Below, one piece after another: positions 10,843 through 21,171 of a stretch of 60,521 bases of DNA; the stretch's first letter is position 1; each line of letters starts with the position of its first letter. A program made the position numbers and the translations under genes. Source of the DNA: Rikenellaceae bacterium DTU049 (GTDB lineage Bacteria; Bacteroidota; Bacteroidia; Bacteroidales; DTU049); assembly GCA_001513285.1 (NCBI GenBank), contig LFTI01000087.1:1-60521 (forward strand). The letters are read 5' to 3'. The notes beneath the pieces are model-generated. The model was not told where the DNA came from, made no database searches, and was given only the letters and a program-made list of their open reading frames with translations.

Positions 10843-11460
10843 ATGAAATTATTTATTAATACAATAAATATCGAAGATGTTAGAATTATTAAAGATTTTG
10901 ATATAATAAGTGGTATTAATATTGATCTATCTGATATAGAAGCTTTAGGTATTAAAGATAATAATCAGATTTTAACTCATTATAATTCTATCTGCAATTT
11001 AATTAAAAAAGAATTATTAGTAAATATTAAAGCTAAAAATTATGAAGATATTTTAAGAGAAGTAGATATTTTAATGTCTATTAATGAACTTATTACTGTA
11101 AAATTGCCTGCTACTACTGATGGAATAAAAGCTATTATTAATTTATCAAAACAAAAAATTAACACTTTATGTGATAGCATTATGTCCTCTTCTCAAGCAA
11201 TTTTAGCTGCTGAGGCAGGTGCTTCTTATATTAATATACCTATTATAAACACCAAGCAATCAGGTATCGATTCTATGCATTTAATTTCTCAGATTGTTAA
11301 TATATATAATGAGCAAGGATATGATACTTTTATTTTAGCTGACCAGATTTCTAGTTCTATAGAGTTATCTCAAATAGCTATTTTAGGTGCTGATGGCCTT
11401 ATCACTAATATGAGCACTTTCCTAACTTTTTTTAAAAATACAATAAACATCATTGATTGA
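10843..11460 (+). CDS. Transaldolase/fructose-6-phosphate aldolase family protein, degenerate active site
   Basis: VKLP Schiff-base lysine, DGIKAI, QAILAAEAGASY and GAD retained; DTA, TTNPS and SPF.GR motifs lost. Confidence 0.8.
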   Translation: MKLFINTINIEDVRIIKDFDIISGINIDLSDIEALGIKDNNQILTHYNSICNLIKKELLVNIKAKNYEDILREVDILMSINELITVKLPATTDGIKAIINLSKQKINTLCDSIMSSSQAILAAEAGASYINIPIINTKQSGIDSMHLISQIVNIYNEQGYDTFILADQISSSIELSQIAILGADGLITNMSTFLTFFKNTINIID

Positions 11461-11511
11461 CATTTCGTTTAAAATATATAACAAATTTGATAATTAATAA
11501 AATAAAAAAAT

Positions 11512-12159
11512 ATGTTATTAAAGATTCATCCAGAAGATCCTCAACAAAGGCAAATTAATAAAATAGTAGAGATACTAAATGGAGGTGGTATTGTGATTAT
11601 TCCTACAGATAGTGTTTATGCTTTTGCTGCTAATCCATTTAATAAATCTGCAGTAGAAAAAATTTCTATGATAAAAAAAATAGATTTCAATAAAGCTACT
11701 TTTTCGTTTTTAGGCTCTAATTTATCTATTCTAAGTGAATATACTAAACCTATTCCTAATGAAATTTTTAGATTAATGAAATCTGTCTTACCAGGTCCAT
11801 ATACATTTATTTTACCTATTAATAATAAAATACCTAAAATTTTAGAAAATCGTAGAAAAACTATTGGAATACGTGTACCAGATAATAAAATTGTTCACGC
11901 CATTGTAGACACTATTGGGCATCCCATAGTTTCTTCTTCTATTAAAGTAAATGAGCAGATAGGCAATGAATATATTTCAGATCCAGAGCTTATCTATGAA
12001 ATGTATATGGATTTAGTAGATGCTGTTATAGATGGAGGTCCAGGTGGTCTCATACCTAGTACTGTGATAGATGCTACTGGTGAAATACCCGTTTTAGTTA
12101 GGGAGGGAGCAGGATCAATTAATTTTTTAGATTTGTTAGATGAAGGAGAAAATATTTAA
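11512..12159 (+). CDS. Sua5/YciO/YrdC family protein (YciO-like)
   Basis: IHPEDPQ.R, PTDSVYA, LPGPYTFIL, RKTIGIRVPD, PSTVID motifs. Confidence 0.9.
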   Translation: MLLKIHPEDPQQRQINKIVEILNGGGIVIIPTDSVYAFAANPFNKSAVEKISMIKKIDFNKATFSFLGSNLSILSEYTKPIPNEIFRLMKSVLPGPYTFILPINNKIPKILENRRKTIGIRVPDNKIVHAIVDTIGHPIVSSSIKVNEQIGNEYISDPELIYEMYMDLVDAVIDGGPGGLIPSTVIDATGEIPVLVREGAGSINFLDLLDEGENI

Positions 12160-12463
12160 CTTTTTTCATTATACGATTAAAAATAAATCCATTGAAAATT
12201 ATTTTAATGTTCTAAATAATGATTCCATTAGAATAGAACGAATTATTTCCTTTGGGCAGCAAAGTCCCCCAGATTTTTGGTATGATCAAGATGAGAATGA
12301 ATGGATAATGTTGCTAAAAGGTAAGGCTAAATTAGAATTTATAGATAGAAAAATTACTCTACAAAAAGGAGATTGCTTACTCATACCTGCTCATGAGAAA
12401 CATAGAGTAGCTTATACTCATAAATACAAACCTACTATTTGGTTAGCAGTTTTTTTTAGATAA
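12140..12463 (+). CDS. Cupin domain protein
   Basis: IERIISFGQ.SP..FWYDQ.E.EW, IPAH.KHRV..T, TIWLAVF. Confidence 0.85.
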   Translation: MKEKIFNFFHYTIKNKSIENYFNVLNNDSIRIERIISFGQQSPPDFWYDQDENEWIMLLKGKAKLEFIDRKITLQKGDCLLIPAHEKHRVAYTHKYKPTIWLAVFFR

Positions 12464-12534
12464 ATCTATCTATAGTATAGTATATAGCTCAATCAAATTA
12501 GATGTAATCAACTAATATACTATATATCAATATC

Positions 12535-14484
12535 TTACTGAAATTTTAGTTTCCACTTGTCTATTTCTATTTTTTTAAAATCTATGCTATCTGGCAGGCT
12601 ATTTATTTCTTTTTTATTTCCTATGATATATACATCATCAGCATTAGAAATTATAGGATTATTAATATAAAATGAATGAGTTTTTACTTTTTCATTTATT
12701 TCATATTTATTTTTTTCTTTACAGAAATAATATGTACAAAAATCATCTATTTTTGACTGAACATTTGGTAAATCTACTGAATCTGGTTTAATAACAAGAT
12801 AATTAAATTTTTGTTGTTCTTTTTGCCCAATTATTGCATATTTATAATTTAATGATTCAAAAGAGGGATTGTATTGAATTCTTTTTATTAACGAAAAATT
12901 ATAGGTTATACCAAAGAGTAAGACAGCAGTTAATAAATATGGAAAAATTTTTATTTCTTTAAAATAAATTTTAATTGTTATCAATATAATTATTATTCCT
13001 ATCATTATTGCTGACAATGGCGTTAGAAAAATATTAGGTATAGTAGAGTAAGGTAAATCAGATATCATTCCGATAAAATTTATAAATATTTTAACTAAGA
13101 ATGAAAATATTATTGCAATAAATTCACCTATTACGGGTATAAACGAGAATATTATTGTAATAAATCCCGCATAAATCAATAAAGAAGCGAATGGTACTGC
13201 CATTAAATTTGCAATTATAAAATAAGTAGGAAATTGATGAAAATAAAATAATGTAAATGGTAATGTGCCTAACTGTGCAGCCATGGTAACTGATAATGAA
13301 CCAATTACCCATTTAAGCCATTTTTTATTCGTTTTGAAAATATTTATTAATGGAGTATAAAAAAAGAATATACCTAATACAGCTGAAAAGGATAACTGAA
13401 AACCTAATGAGTATAATTGCAAAGGATTAACAACTAAAATAATCAATGCTGCCGCTGCTAATGAATTATATTTATTCACATTTCTATTAATTACTGGACC
13501 TATTTGTAATAGTGTAAGCATAATGGCAGCCCTTACTACTGATGGCATAGCTCCAACCATAAATGTATATAGCCATAATGTTATTATTGCTAATGGTATT
13601 GTAATTTTATTTTTATATTTTAATGGAATTATTAATGAAAATAGTAAATATATTGCTCCATAAATTATAGCTACATGAAGTCCAGAAATAGCTAAAATAT
13701 GTACAACTCCTGCTTGTTGAAAGTCTTTTATTATATCTGCATCCATTACATCTTTATATCCTAATAGCATTGCACTTATTAAGTTAGCAGATGTGTTATC
13801 TTGAATATTTTCATAAATTAATTTTATTAGTTTATTTCTAAATATTAAAAATTTCTCTAATATATTACTTTTGCGTTCAACAATTTTGAAATCATAATCA
13901 TTTATATAACCGATATGATATATTTGGAGGTTTGCTAGATATTTAGCATAATCAAATTCATATGGGAATCTGATTTCGTTAGGTGATTGTAAAGAGTTTC
14001 TAAATAAAATCGAATGATTTGAACGATTAAAACTATCAAGAGGTAAGTTGAGATATAATAATACTTTACCATTGGTATTAATCCATTGACTATCTATTAG
14101 CATTTTATTGATCTTTACTGTAGCTTTAGTTTTAGTTTGAGAAAAAGACTTTGTATTTAGTATATCTCCATATAGATATGATGCTTTATCAATATAATTT
14201 TCATAGTAATCTACCCTATTCTTTTCATCAATAGAATAACTTCTAAAATATCCTAATGATAATATGGCAATAAATATAGCTATTGATAAAAATTGCGTTG
14301 ATGATATGATGGATTTAGTATAAAAAAGATAAAAACCATAAGAAATAAATAATAGAAAAGTTGTAGTCAATGTTATGAAATAATAAATATTATGATTTGG
14401 CCAAAAATGATATATGCTTATACCTATTATATATAATAATGCTATTCTAACTATTGGTGCTTTTGACCAATTCATAATCATCAA
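12535..14484 (-). CDS. comEC: ComEC/Rec2 family competence membrane protein
   Basis: FDYAKYL, HILAISGLHV, SVVRA, GFQLSF, LFYFHQF motifs. Confidence 0.9.
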   Translation of the reverse strand: MMIMNWSKAPIVRIALLYIIGISIYHFWPNHNIYYFITLTTTFLLFISYGFYLFYTKSIISSTQFLSIAIFIAILSLGYFRSYSIDEKNRVDYYENYIDKASYLYGDILNTKSFSQTKTKATVKINKMLIDSQWINTNGKVLLYLNLPLDSFNRSNHSILFRNSLQSPNEIRFPYEFDYAKYLANLQIYHIGYINDYDFKIVERKSNILEKFLIFRNKLIKLIYENIQDNTSANLISAMLLGYKDVMDADIIKDFQQAGVVHILAISGLHVAIIYGAIYLLFSLIIPLKYKNKITIPLAIITLWLYTFMVGAMPSVVRAAIMLTLLQIGPVINRNVNKYNSLAAAALIILVVNPLQLYSLGFQLSFSAVLGIFFFYTPLINIFKTNKKWLKWVIGSLSVTMAAQLGTLPFTLFYFHQFPTYFIIANLMAVPFASLLIYAGFITIIFSFIPVIGEFIAIIFSFLVKIFINFIGMISDLPYSTIPNIFLTPLSAIMIGIIIILITIKIYFKEIKIFPYLLTAVLLFGITYNFSLIKRIQYNPSFESLNYKYAIIGQKEQQKFNYLVIKPDSVDLPNVQSKIDDFCTYYFCKEKNKYEINEKVKTHSFYINNPIISNADDVYIIGNKKEINSLPDSIDFKKIEIDKWKLKFQ

Positions 14485-15614
14485 TAATTAAAAGTATTGA
14501 TCTTAGTATTTGGATAATAAAAGTCTAAAATTTCAGTAAAAGTTTTACCTTCTTTAGCCATTTCTATTGCTCCCTCTTGGCTCAAACCTACCCCATGTCC
14601 ATAGCCTCGTCCATTAAATATCACTTTGTCGCCTTCAGTAGTAATATTAAAATAGGTTGATTTGAGATTGAAATCTTCTCTTATTTTCCTTAATGTTAGC
14701 GTATCTATAAAGAATTTTTTTCTTAACGGTTGGTAAAAATTAGTAACATTTTCAAAATTTTTATTTGTAGAATCTATGCCAAATTTAGCTAAGTAAGACA
14801 GCCATTGCTCTTTGGGCATAGTGTATGTCCATGTACTATTCTTAGATTTAGTGCTATATTCATCATTTTTAGTAATAAGATATGGAAGAGATTTGCCCCA
14901 ATAATTTTCTGAACTATTTGTCAGTCCTCCACTATTAGAATGGTAAACAGCCAAAATAGGTAAATTATCATTGTCTACAATTATCATATTTTTTGTTTCA
15001 TTACATGCATTAATTATTGTTTGATTATTGCATTTACCTCTATACAACTGACAATGCGTCGTATTACATAAATCATATTTATCATTTATATGTTTTTTTT
15101 CTATATTTATCATATAAATAGTATATGTACGGACAACTATCGCTTTGGCTTTATAAAATTCATAAGGTAAATTAGGATATGTCTCTGATAATATCACAGA
15201 AGCAACGTATTTATCTATATCTATTTGATTTATAAATGTAATGTTATTAGCATTTTTAGGATAAAATATTGCATTATCTTCATATTCTATCCATTTACCA
15301 TTAATTTGGGTACTAAAAGAACTATTTTCTTTTTTATTAATTAATAAAATGCTGTCTCCTTGTATATTATCTACTCCATATCTTACATTTAATTTATTAG
15401 AATTATTATCAAGAGTAATACTATCATTCTTTTTCAAAAAAATCGTATCATGCCCGTTAGTTAGAGCATAATCACCTTCTGATATTTTGATTTTCAGATT
15501 GCGTAAATCATTTTTAATGCCTATTCTAACTAAAACTTGTGCTTTTACAGGACAATTTAAAAATAATAAATTTAACCAAATAAATAGGTACAAACTAATT
15601 TTGGGGAAACTCAT
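14481..15614 (-). CDS. SpoIID/LytB domain protein
   Basis: KAKAIVVRTY, DLCNTTHCQLY, YHSNSGG.T, GYGHGVGLSQEGA, IL.FYYP. Confidence 0.9.
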   Translation of the reverse strand: MSFPKISLYLFIWLNLLFLNCPVKAQVLVRIGIKNDLRNLKIKISEGDYALTNGHDTIFLKKNDSITLDNNSNKLNVRYGVDNIQGDSILLINKKENSSFSTQINGKWIEYEDNAIFYPKNANNITFINQIDIDKYVASVILSETYPNLPYEFYKAKAIVVRTYTIYMINIEKKHINDKYDLCNTTHCQLYRGKCNNQTIINACNETKNMIIVDNDNLPILAVYHSNSGGLTNSSENYWGKSLPYLITKNDEYSTKSKNSTWTYTMPKEQWLSYLAKFGIDSTNKNFENVTNFYQPLRKKFFIDTLTLRKIREDFNLKSTYFNITTEGDKVIFNGRGYGHGVGLSQEGAIEMAKEGKTFTEILDFYYPNTKINTFNY

Positions 15615-15735
15615 AAATAATAAACTCTATTTACACAAATTATTCATTTGGCAAATTTAAAGAAAAAATTTTTGCCATTCATTAATGTTATTTTAAAAAA
15701 ATAATTAAGATTGGCATTTAGACAATAAATTTTTC

Positions 15736-15870
15736 GGTTCTATAATGTTTTGAGTGGGTAAAGATTAAAAAAGACTAATTTTATAAAAATGAATTTTATT
15801 TATTATTGGACAGTTAAATATAAACCACAGAGTTCTCAAAGAATGCACCAAGAACACAGAGTATGATAGA
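15736..15870 (+). mobile_element. MITE left end (copy B, ISL3-like terminus); no matching right end found
   Basis: GGTTCTATAATGTTTTGAGTGGGTAAAGATTAAAAAAGA...ACCACAGAGTTCTCAAAGAATG aligns with 53999-54110. Confidence 0.75.
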
Positions 15871-15943
15871 AATTTACCCCGTGAGATAATTAAATATTCT
15901 AATTTTAATGTATAATTTATTCTGTATCTCACGGGGTAAATTT
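15870..15943. repeat. 74-bp palindromic element with 19-bp perfect inverted arms
   Basis: AAATTTACCCCGTGAGATA (15870-15888) / TATCTCACGGGGTAAATTT (15925-15943). Confidence 0.9.
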
Positions 15944-16019
15944 AGTGAGATAACTACTATCCCACTAATCTAACAAATCCCAAGATGACTAAATAGCATG
16001 AGCGGAGACTTTTCTTTTG

Positions 16020-16054
16020 TTACTTTTCTTTGTGTGGTTGACAAAGAAAAGTAA
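16020..16054. repeat. 14-bp inverted repeat hairpin
   Basis: TTACTTTTCTTTGT-GTGGTTG-ACAAAGAAAAGTAA. Confidence 0.8.
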
Positions 16055-16226
16055 ATTAGATAAAAATTTATTCAAATTCAAATTATATTCTTAAAAAATA
16101 TAGATATTACTGGCACATTCACAAAATAATTTGGTTATTATTAAACACCTAATTCAAATATCTTTATGTGTAATTTTTAATTACAATAGTCTATACTGGT
16201 CTTATTCACAAAGCGATAAAATAAAA

Positions 16227-17162
16227 TTATGTATTTCTATCAAAAAAACGTAACGCTAATTCTCTATCCTTGTATATTTGTTGTATTAAATCCTCTACAT
16301 TATCAAATTTTATTTCATCACGTATTTTCAAAAGAAATTCTATTTTGATTGATTTATTATAAATATTATTATTAAAATCGAAAAGGTGTGCTTCCAGATA
16401 AATATTATTATGTGAATATTGAAACGTAGGTCTAAAGCCGATATTCATTATACCTCTATATTGTTCATCTTCTACAAAAGCTCTTATTATATATACACCA
16501 CTACCAGGAATGATTTTTTCATCAGCTACTTCTCCAATATTAGCGGTAGGAAATCCAAGCTTACGACCTATTTTACTACCTTCTATCACTCTTCCTTTAA
16601 TGAAATAATTATATCCTAAAAGTTTATTTGCTTCAGAAACAAAACCTTTTATTAATAAATTGCGAATCTTTGTTGAGCTGATAAAGACGCCATCATCTAC
16701 AAAAGGTTGAAATTTATGTAAAAAGAAATTATATTTATATGATAATGCTTTTATATCTTCATAAGAGCCAGATCTATTTACACCAAAGCTATGATCATAT
16801 CCCATAACTAAAGCTTTCATATTAAAATTTTCTTTTAAAATTTTTATAAACTCTTCTGGTGTCAACTCTGAAAACTCTTTAGTAAATTTTTGAATATATA
16901 CAATATCTACAGGTATTCGAGACAATATCTCTAATTTTTCTTCTAAAGTTGTCAGTAAAAAATGAGCTTGTATTTCCTTTGCTAACACAAAACGTGGATG
17001 TGGATCGAATGTGATTATCATATTAGTATATTGGTATCTTTTAGCTAATTCATTGGCATACTCTATTACAAATCTATGTCCACGATGCACACCATCAAAA
17101 GTGCCAACAGATATAATAGTAGGTAGATTAATTTGTTTTGGTGTATATAAAATTTCCATCAA
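16227..17162 (-). CDS. ribF: Bifunctional riboflavin kinase/FAD synthetase
   Basis: GTFDGVHRGH, TFDPHP, ISSTKIR, GRKLGFPTAN, EAHLFDF. Confidence 0.95.
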   Translation of the reverse strand: MMEILYTPKQINLPTIISVGTFDGVHRGHRFVIEYANELAKRYQYTNMIITFDPHPRFVLAKEIQAHFLLTTLEEKLEILSRIPVDIVYIQKFTKEFSELTPEEFIKILKENFNMKALVMGYDHSFGVNRSGSYEDIKALSYKYNFFLHKFQPFVDDGVFISSTKIRNLLIKGFVSEANKLLGYNYFIKGRVIEGSKIGRKLGFPTANIGEVADEKIIPGSGVYIIRAFVEDEQYRGIMNIGFRPTFQYSHNNIYLEAHLFDFNNNIYNKSIKIEFLLKIRDEIKFDNVEDLIQQIYKDRELALRFFDRNT

Positions 17163-17240
17163 TTAAGTTTATCAGTATGCAAAATTAAATCTTATTTAAT
17201 TCATCAACAAAATAAAAAATTTCTATTCCTTTTACTAATT

Positions 17241-18119
17241 CTACTTTCTATTATCTTGTCCCCACATTAGTTTATTTCTTAATACTTTGTAAAAAGAATT
17301 ATCCTCAAACTCTATCAATGGGAAATAATTTTTAGATTTTTTCAGAGTAATTTGTTGGCCAGCCATAATAATATGATTATTAGCATCAGCAGTCAATAAA
17401 ATAGGAATATCAGGATATTTGACAATTAACGTTAACTCTGTATCATCACGTATCACTAGAGGACGACTTGTTAGATTATGTGGAGCTATGGGAGTAATTA
17501 CAAAATTAGCTGCTGTAGGTTCTAATATAGGACCACCACAACTTAATGAATAAGCTGTAGATCCAGTAGGGGTAGCTACTATCAATCCATCAGCCCAATA
17601 TGAACAAACAAAATTATCATTGATTAATAAGTCTATAGATATCAAATAATGATCTTTATATTGCTTAATAGTTACCTCGTTTAGAGCATTATGAAATAGC
17701 GAAGTATGATCTTTAATGTTTAGCTCTATAGTTGTCCTTTTAGAAATCTTATATTCCTTGTTTTTAATTCCATTCAAATACTCTATGATATATTGTGGAT
17801 CTCCCCAAGTGAGAAAACCTAACTTACCATAATTTATACCATAAACTGGTAATTTATATTTTAAACTAATAGGTAAAGTATCTAATAAAGTGCCATCGCC
17901 ACCAAGAGAAATTATACAACAATATTGATTTTTAAAATTATTATTTTCAATAATTATATTATCAAATTGTGAAATTTTATCTTTTATCCCCTCATTATCG
18001 CTTTGATTGTCAAAATATATTCCCACAATACCATTTTCTTTTTCACAAAATAAACATATAGCTTGTATTGTATCAAAGAAGATATCTCGCCATTGAGAAA
18101 AGAAAATTAAAATATTCAT
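17241..18119 (-). CDS. nadK: NAD kinase
   Basis: GGDGT, GKLGFL, ALNE, DGLIVATPTGSTAYSLSCGGP. Confidence 0.95.
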   Translation of the reverse strand: MNILIFFSQWRDIFFDTIQAICLFCEKENGIVGIYFDNQSDNEGIKDKISQFDNIIIENNNFKNQYCCIISLGGDGTLLDTLPISLKYKLPVYGINYGKLGFLTWGDPQYIIEYLNGIKNKEYKISKRTTIELNIKDHTSLFHNALNEVTIKQYKDHYLISIDLLINDNFVCSYWADGLIVATPTGSTAYSLSCGGPILEPTAANFVITPIAPHNLTSRPLVIRDDTELTLIVKYPDIPILLTADANNHIIMAGQQITLKKSKNYFPLIEFEDNSFYKVLRNKLMWGQDNRK

Positions 18120-18122
18120 ACA

Positions 18123-18785
18123 TTAAATATTTAAAAATCTCATTAGAAAGTCGTAATTATGTTGCAATTCTTCGTAAAATTCTTCCTCTTGATATGAAGC
18201 ATATATTATGTAATCGTATCTATTAAAGGTTTGCACAATGGGGGCTAAATCCATTTTGTCTAATTTCAAAAAAACATATAACAAATTTTTATCTGAATCT
18301 GCATGAATAAATGTAGCCAGAATGTGAGCATCATTAGATTCTACTATACTAGCTATTTGCGTCATAGTATAATCTACTGGTTTAATTTCTAAAATGATAG
18401 TACCACCAGGATTATCTATATTCATAAATGGAGATAACTTTTGCAAAAGATCTATACCAATTATAGAACCTAAATATTGCATATTAGAACTAGTAACTGG
18501 ACAAATAGACAATTTATATTGACCCAAAAATTGTAATATATCAAAAATATGCGAATCTGACTGCACAGATACAATTGGAGTAGATAAATCTACATTACCT
18601 ATTGGTGTACTAACATCATTGATAGCTAATAAATCTTCTTCATTTAAGATGCCAAGTAAAATATCATTATTGACAATAGGTAAATGAGAAACTTTCCATT
18701 CATTCATTAGCTCTCTAGCCTCTCTAATAGTAGTAGAAGTTTTAATTGCTACAAATGATGAATATATAAAATCCTTTGCAAACAT
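18123..18785 (-). CDS. CBS domain protein
   Basis: Tandem CBS motifs (SHLPIVNN..LLGIL), IVESNDA.IL, ending ..LMRFLNI; ATG at 18785 (MFAKD) chosen. Confidence 0.8.
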   Translation of the reverse strand: MFAKDFIYSSFVAIKTSTTIREARELMNEWKVSHLPIVNNDILLGILNEEDLLAINDVSTPIGNVDLSTPIVSVQSDSHIFDILQFLGQYKLSICPVTSSNMQYLGSIIGIDLLQKLSPFMNIDNPGGTIILEIKPVDYTMTQIASIVESNDAHILATFIHADSDKNLLYVFLKLDKMDLAPIVQTFNRYDYIIYASYQEEEFYEELQHNYDFLMRFLNI

Positions 18786-18945
18786 TTTTTCAAAAATTAT
18801 TATATTGATAAAACAAAAATACAAAAAATATTATAATTATGATATTGATTAGACTTATTTTCTTAATAAATTTAATTTCAAAAAAATAGCAATATAAACC
18901 AACATATAATTTCATAATTTTAACGTAAATTTGTTAAAAAAAAAT

Positions 18946-19740
18946 ATGGAAACTAAATTTTATGACACTTCACAAGGTAAAATTTCTTATAGTATCAATG
19001 GAAGTGGCCCTGTAATATTATTTTTTCATGGATTTCCCTTTAATAAAACTATATGGTATCCTTATATGAAAAAGATGAATGAATTCACAACTTTAGCAAT
19101 TGATCTACCAGGTCATGGAGATAGTGATCTATTCAGTGAACCAGATTTATACCAATGGTCACAAAAAATTTATGAACTTTTAATATTTTTATCAATAAAT
19201 CATGTTACTATCATAGGACATAGTATGGGAGGCTATCTAGCATGCAGTTTTGCTGAATTATACCCTAGCATGATCAAAGGCTTAGGACTATTTCATAGTT
19301 CAGCCAGAGCAGATACTGATGAGAAAAAACAAAATCGAGATCGTATAATAAAAACTATCGAAGAAGATCATATTAAATACATTGCCAATTCCATCCCTTC
19401 ACTTTTCTTTCCCGATAATCGCATAAAATATAATAAGGAAATAGCAACATTAATAGAACAATCAAATAAAATGGATAAACAAGCCTTGATAAATGCTCAA
19501 CTAGCTATTAGAGACAGAGAAGGACATCTAGAGATGTTAAATACTGCTCTATTTCCATTTTTATTTGTTATCGGCAAACAAGACCCTAGTGTACCATATG
19601 AAACATCATTGGCACAAGCTACTCTAACTAAGGTATCACTAATATTAATGTTAGAAAACTGCGGACATATGGGCTTCATAGAAGAGTTCAATAAAACATT
19701 AGTAGCTATAAAAAGCTTTGCTACACTTTGTAATGAATAA
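18946..19740 (+). CDS. Alpha/beta fold hydrolase
   Basis: FHGF, DLPGHG, GHSMGG nucleophile elbow, CGHMG; ATG at 18946. Confidence 0.9.
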   Translation: METKFYDTSQGKISYSINGSGPVILFFHGFPFNKTIWYPYMKKMNEFTTLAIDLPGHGDSDLFSEPDLYQWSQKIYELLIFLSINHVTIIGHSMGGYLACSFAELYPSMIKGLGLFHSSARADTDEKKQNRDRIIKTIEEDHIKYIANSIPSLFFPDNRIKYNKEIATLIEQSNKMDKQALINAQLAIRDREGHLEMLNTALFPFLFVIGKQDPSVPYETSLAQATLTKVSLILMLENCGHMGFIEEFNKTLVAIKSFATLCNE

Positions 19741-20950
19741 AAATCAACTATTCATGTACAATAAAAATTTGCTAATTATTACTAATCTATTCCCATATCC
19801 AGAAAATGAAACTCGCGGAATATTTATATCCCGCAGATTAGAATTTATGAAGAATTATGGCATTACATTTGACGTTTATTGTCCTATTCCTAAAGAAGGT
19901 AATAGCTTGAAGGTAGTTAGAAAAATTATTGGAAGTGAAGGAATTAATGTTCATCAACCTTTCTATGAATTTGGTGGTATTAGATACAAATATGTGTTTT
20001 ATGATAAAAATCTCTTTGATGTTTTTTCTAAAAAGGTGCTTAAAAAAAATGAAGAAAAGAAATTATCCAAACAAATTGCAACCAAAATATACAGTAATAA
20101 TAACCTAGATTTTGATATAATTCACGCTCATGGAATGTTTGATCCGCCAGCTGGCTTGGTGGCAAAGCTTTTATCAGATAAATTGAATATTCCATATGTT
20201 GTTACTTGCCATGGTAGCGATATAAATTTAAGAATGCCAAACAACAAAGAATTATACAATGATGTTTTAGAAAATGCTGCCAAAGTAATTTTTGTAAGTA
20301 ATGCGTTATTGAATAAGGCAAAATCTTATAGCTATTCAGGAAGTAATTCAGTTGTAATTCCTAACGGAATAGAACCAGATTTATTCAAACCTTTAGATAG
20401 AGAAAAGATAAAAAGAGAGTTAGGACTGAATAAAAAAGTGGTGGGTTATGTTGGGGGATTAAAACCTATCAAAAGGGCAGATAAATTTCATGAAATATTT
20501 GAAACTATAGCTTCAACCCAAGAAGTTGAATTTTTGGTAGTTGGAGATGGTGAGTTAAGAGAAAAGATTGAAAAAGAATGCAAACAAAGAAAGATAAATG
20601 TAAAATTTGTAGGTAGAGTTCCTAACGATGAGGTTCCATATTATATTAATGCTATGGATGTATTGATATTACCTAGCAGAAATGAGGGATTTGGTACAGT
20701 AGTTATAGAAGCACAATCTTGTGGAGTGCCAGTAGTAGGTAGTGATAATGGTGGCATACCAGAAGCTATAGGCGATGGTGGGATTGTTGTCAAAGAAGGT
20801 GATTATTTTGAAAAAAGATTCTCTGAAGCTGTAATAGAATTATTAGGCAATCCAAAAGATAGAGATATACTTAGACAAAGATCTTTAAGTTTTTCATGGG
20901 AAAATATTGTTAACAAGGAATTAGAGATATATGAAAATTTAATTAAATAA
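19718..20950 (+). CDS. Glycosyltransferase family 4 (GT-B); start uncertain
   Basis: HAH, HGSDI, IPNG, EGFGTVVIEAQSCGVPVVGSDNGGIPE. Confidence 0.88.
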   Translation: MLHFVMNKNQLFMYNKNLLIITNLFPYPENETRGIFISRRLEFMKNYGITFDVYCPIPKEGNSLKVVRKIIGSEGINVHQPFYEFGGIRYKYVFYDKNLFDVFSKKVLKKNEEKKLSKQIATKIYSNNNLDFDIIHAHGMFDPPAGLVAKLLSDKLNIPYVVTCHGSDINLRMPNNKELYNDVLENAAKVIFVSNALLNKAKSYSYSGSNSVVIPNGIEPDLFKPLDREKIKRELGLNKKVVGYVGGLKPIKRADKFHEIFETIASTQEVEFLVVGDGELREKIEKECKQRKINVKFVGRVPNDEVPYYINAMDVLILPSRNEGFGTVVIEAQSCGVPVVGSDNGGIPEAIGDGGIVVKEGDYFEKRFSEAVIELLGNPKDRDILRQRSLSFSWENIVNKELEIYENLIK

Positions 20951-20975
20951 TTTTTTATTATTAAAAATAAATTAT

Positions 20976-20983
20976 TAATTTTG
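20976..20983 (+). promoter_or_regulatory. -7 promoter box for the tRNA pair
   Basis: TAATTTTG 15 nt upstream of tRNA-Pro. Confidence 0.6.
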
Positions 20984-20998
20984 CAAACGAAAAATAAA

Positions 20999-21073
20999 CG
21001 GGGCATAGCGTAGTCCGGTTATCGCGCCTGCTTTGGGAGCAGGAGGTCGCAGGTTCGAATCCTGCTGCCCCGA
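20999..21073 (+). tRNA. tRNA-Pro(TGG)
   Basis: Acceptor CGGGGCA/TGCCCCG, anticodon arm CCTGC-TTTGGGA-GCAGG, GGTTCGAATCC T-arm; CCA not encoded. Confidence 0.97.
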
Positions 21074-21091
21074 TTTATATTTTACTTCTAA

Positions 21092-21165
21092 GGTCTCGTA
21101 GCTCAGCTGGATAGAGCGGCAGCCTTCTAAGCTGCGGGTCGTGGGTTCGAATCCCGCCGGGATCA
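21092..21165 (+). tRNA. tRNA-Arg(TCT)
   Basis: Acceptor GGTCTCG/CGGGATC, anticodon arm GCAGC-CTTCTAA-GCTGC, GGTTCGAATCC T-arm. Confidence 0.97.
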
Positions 21166-21171
21166 CAAGCA

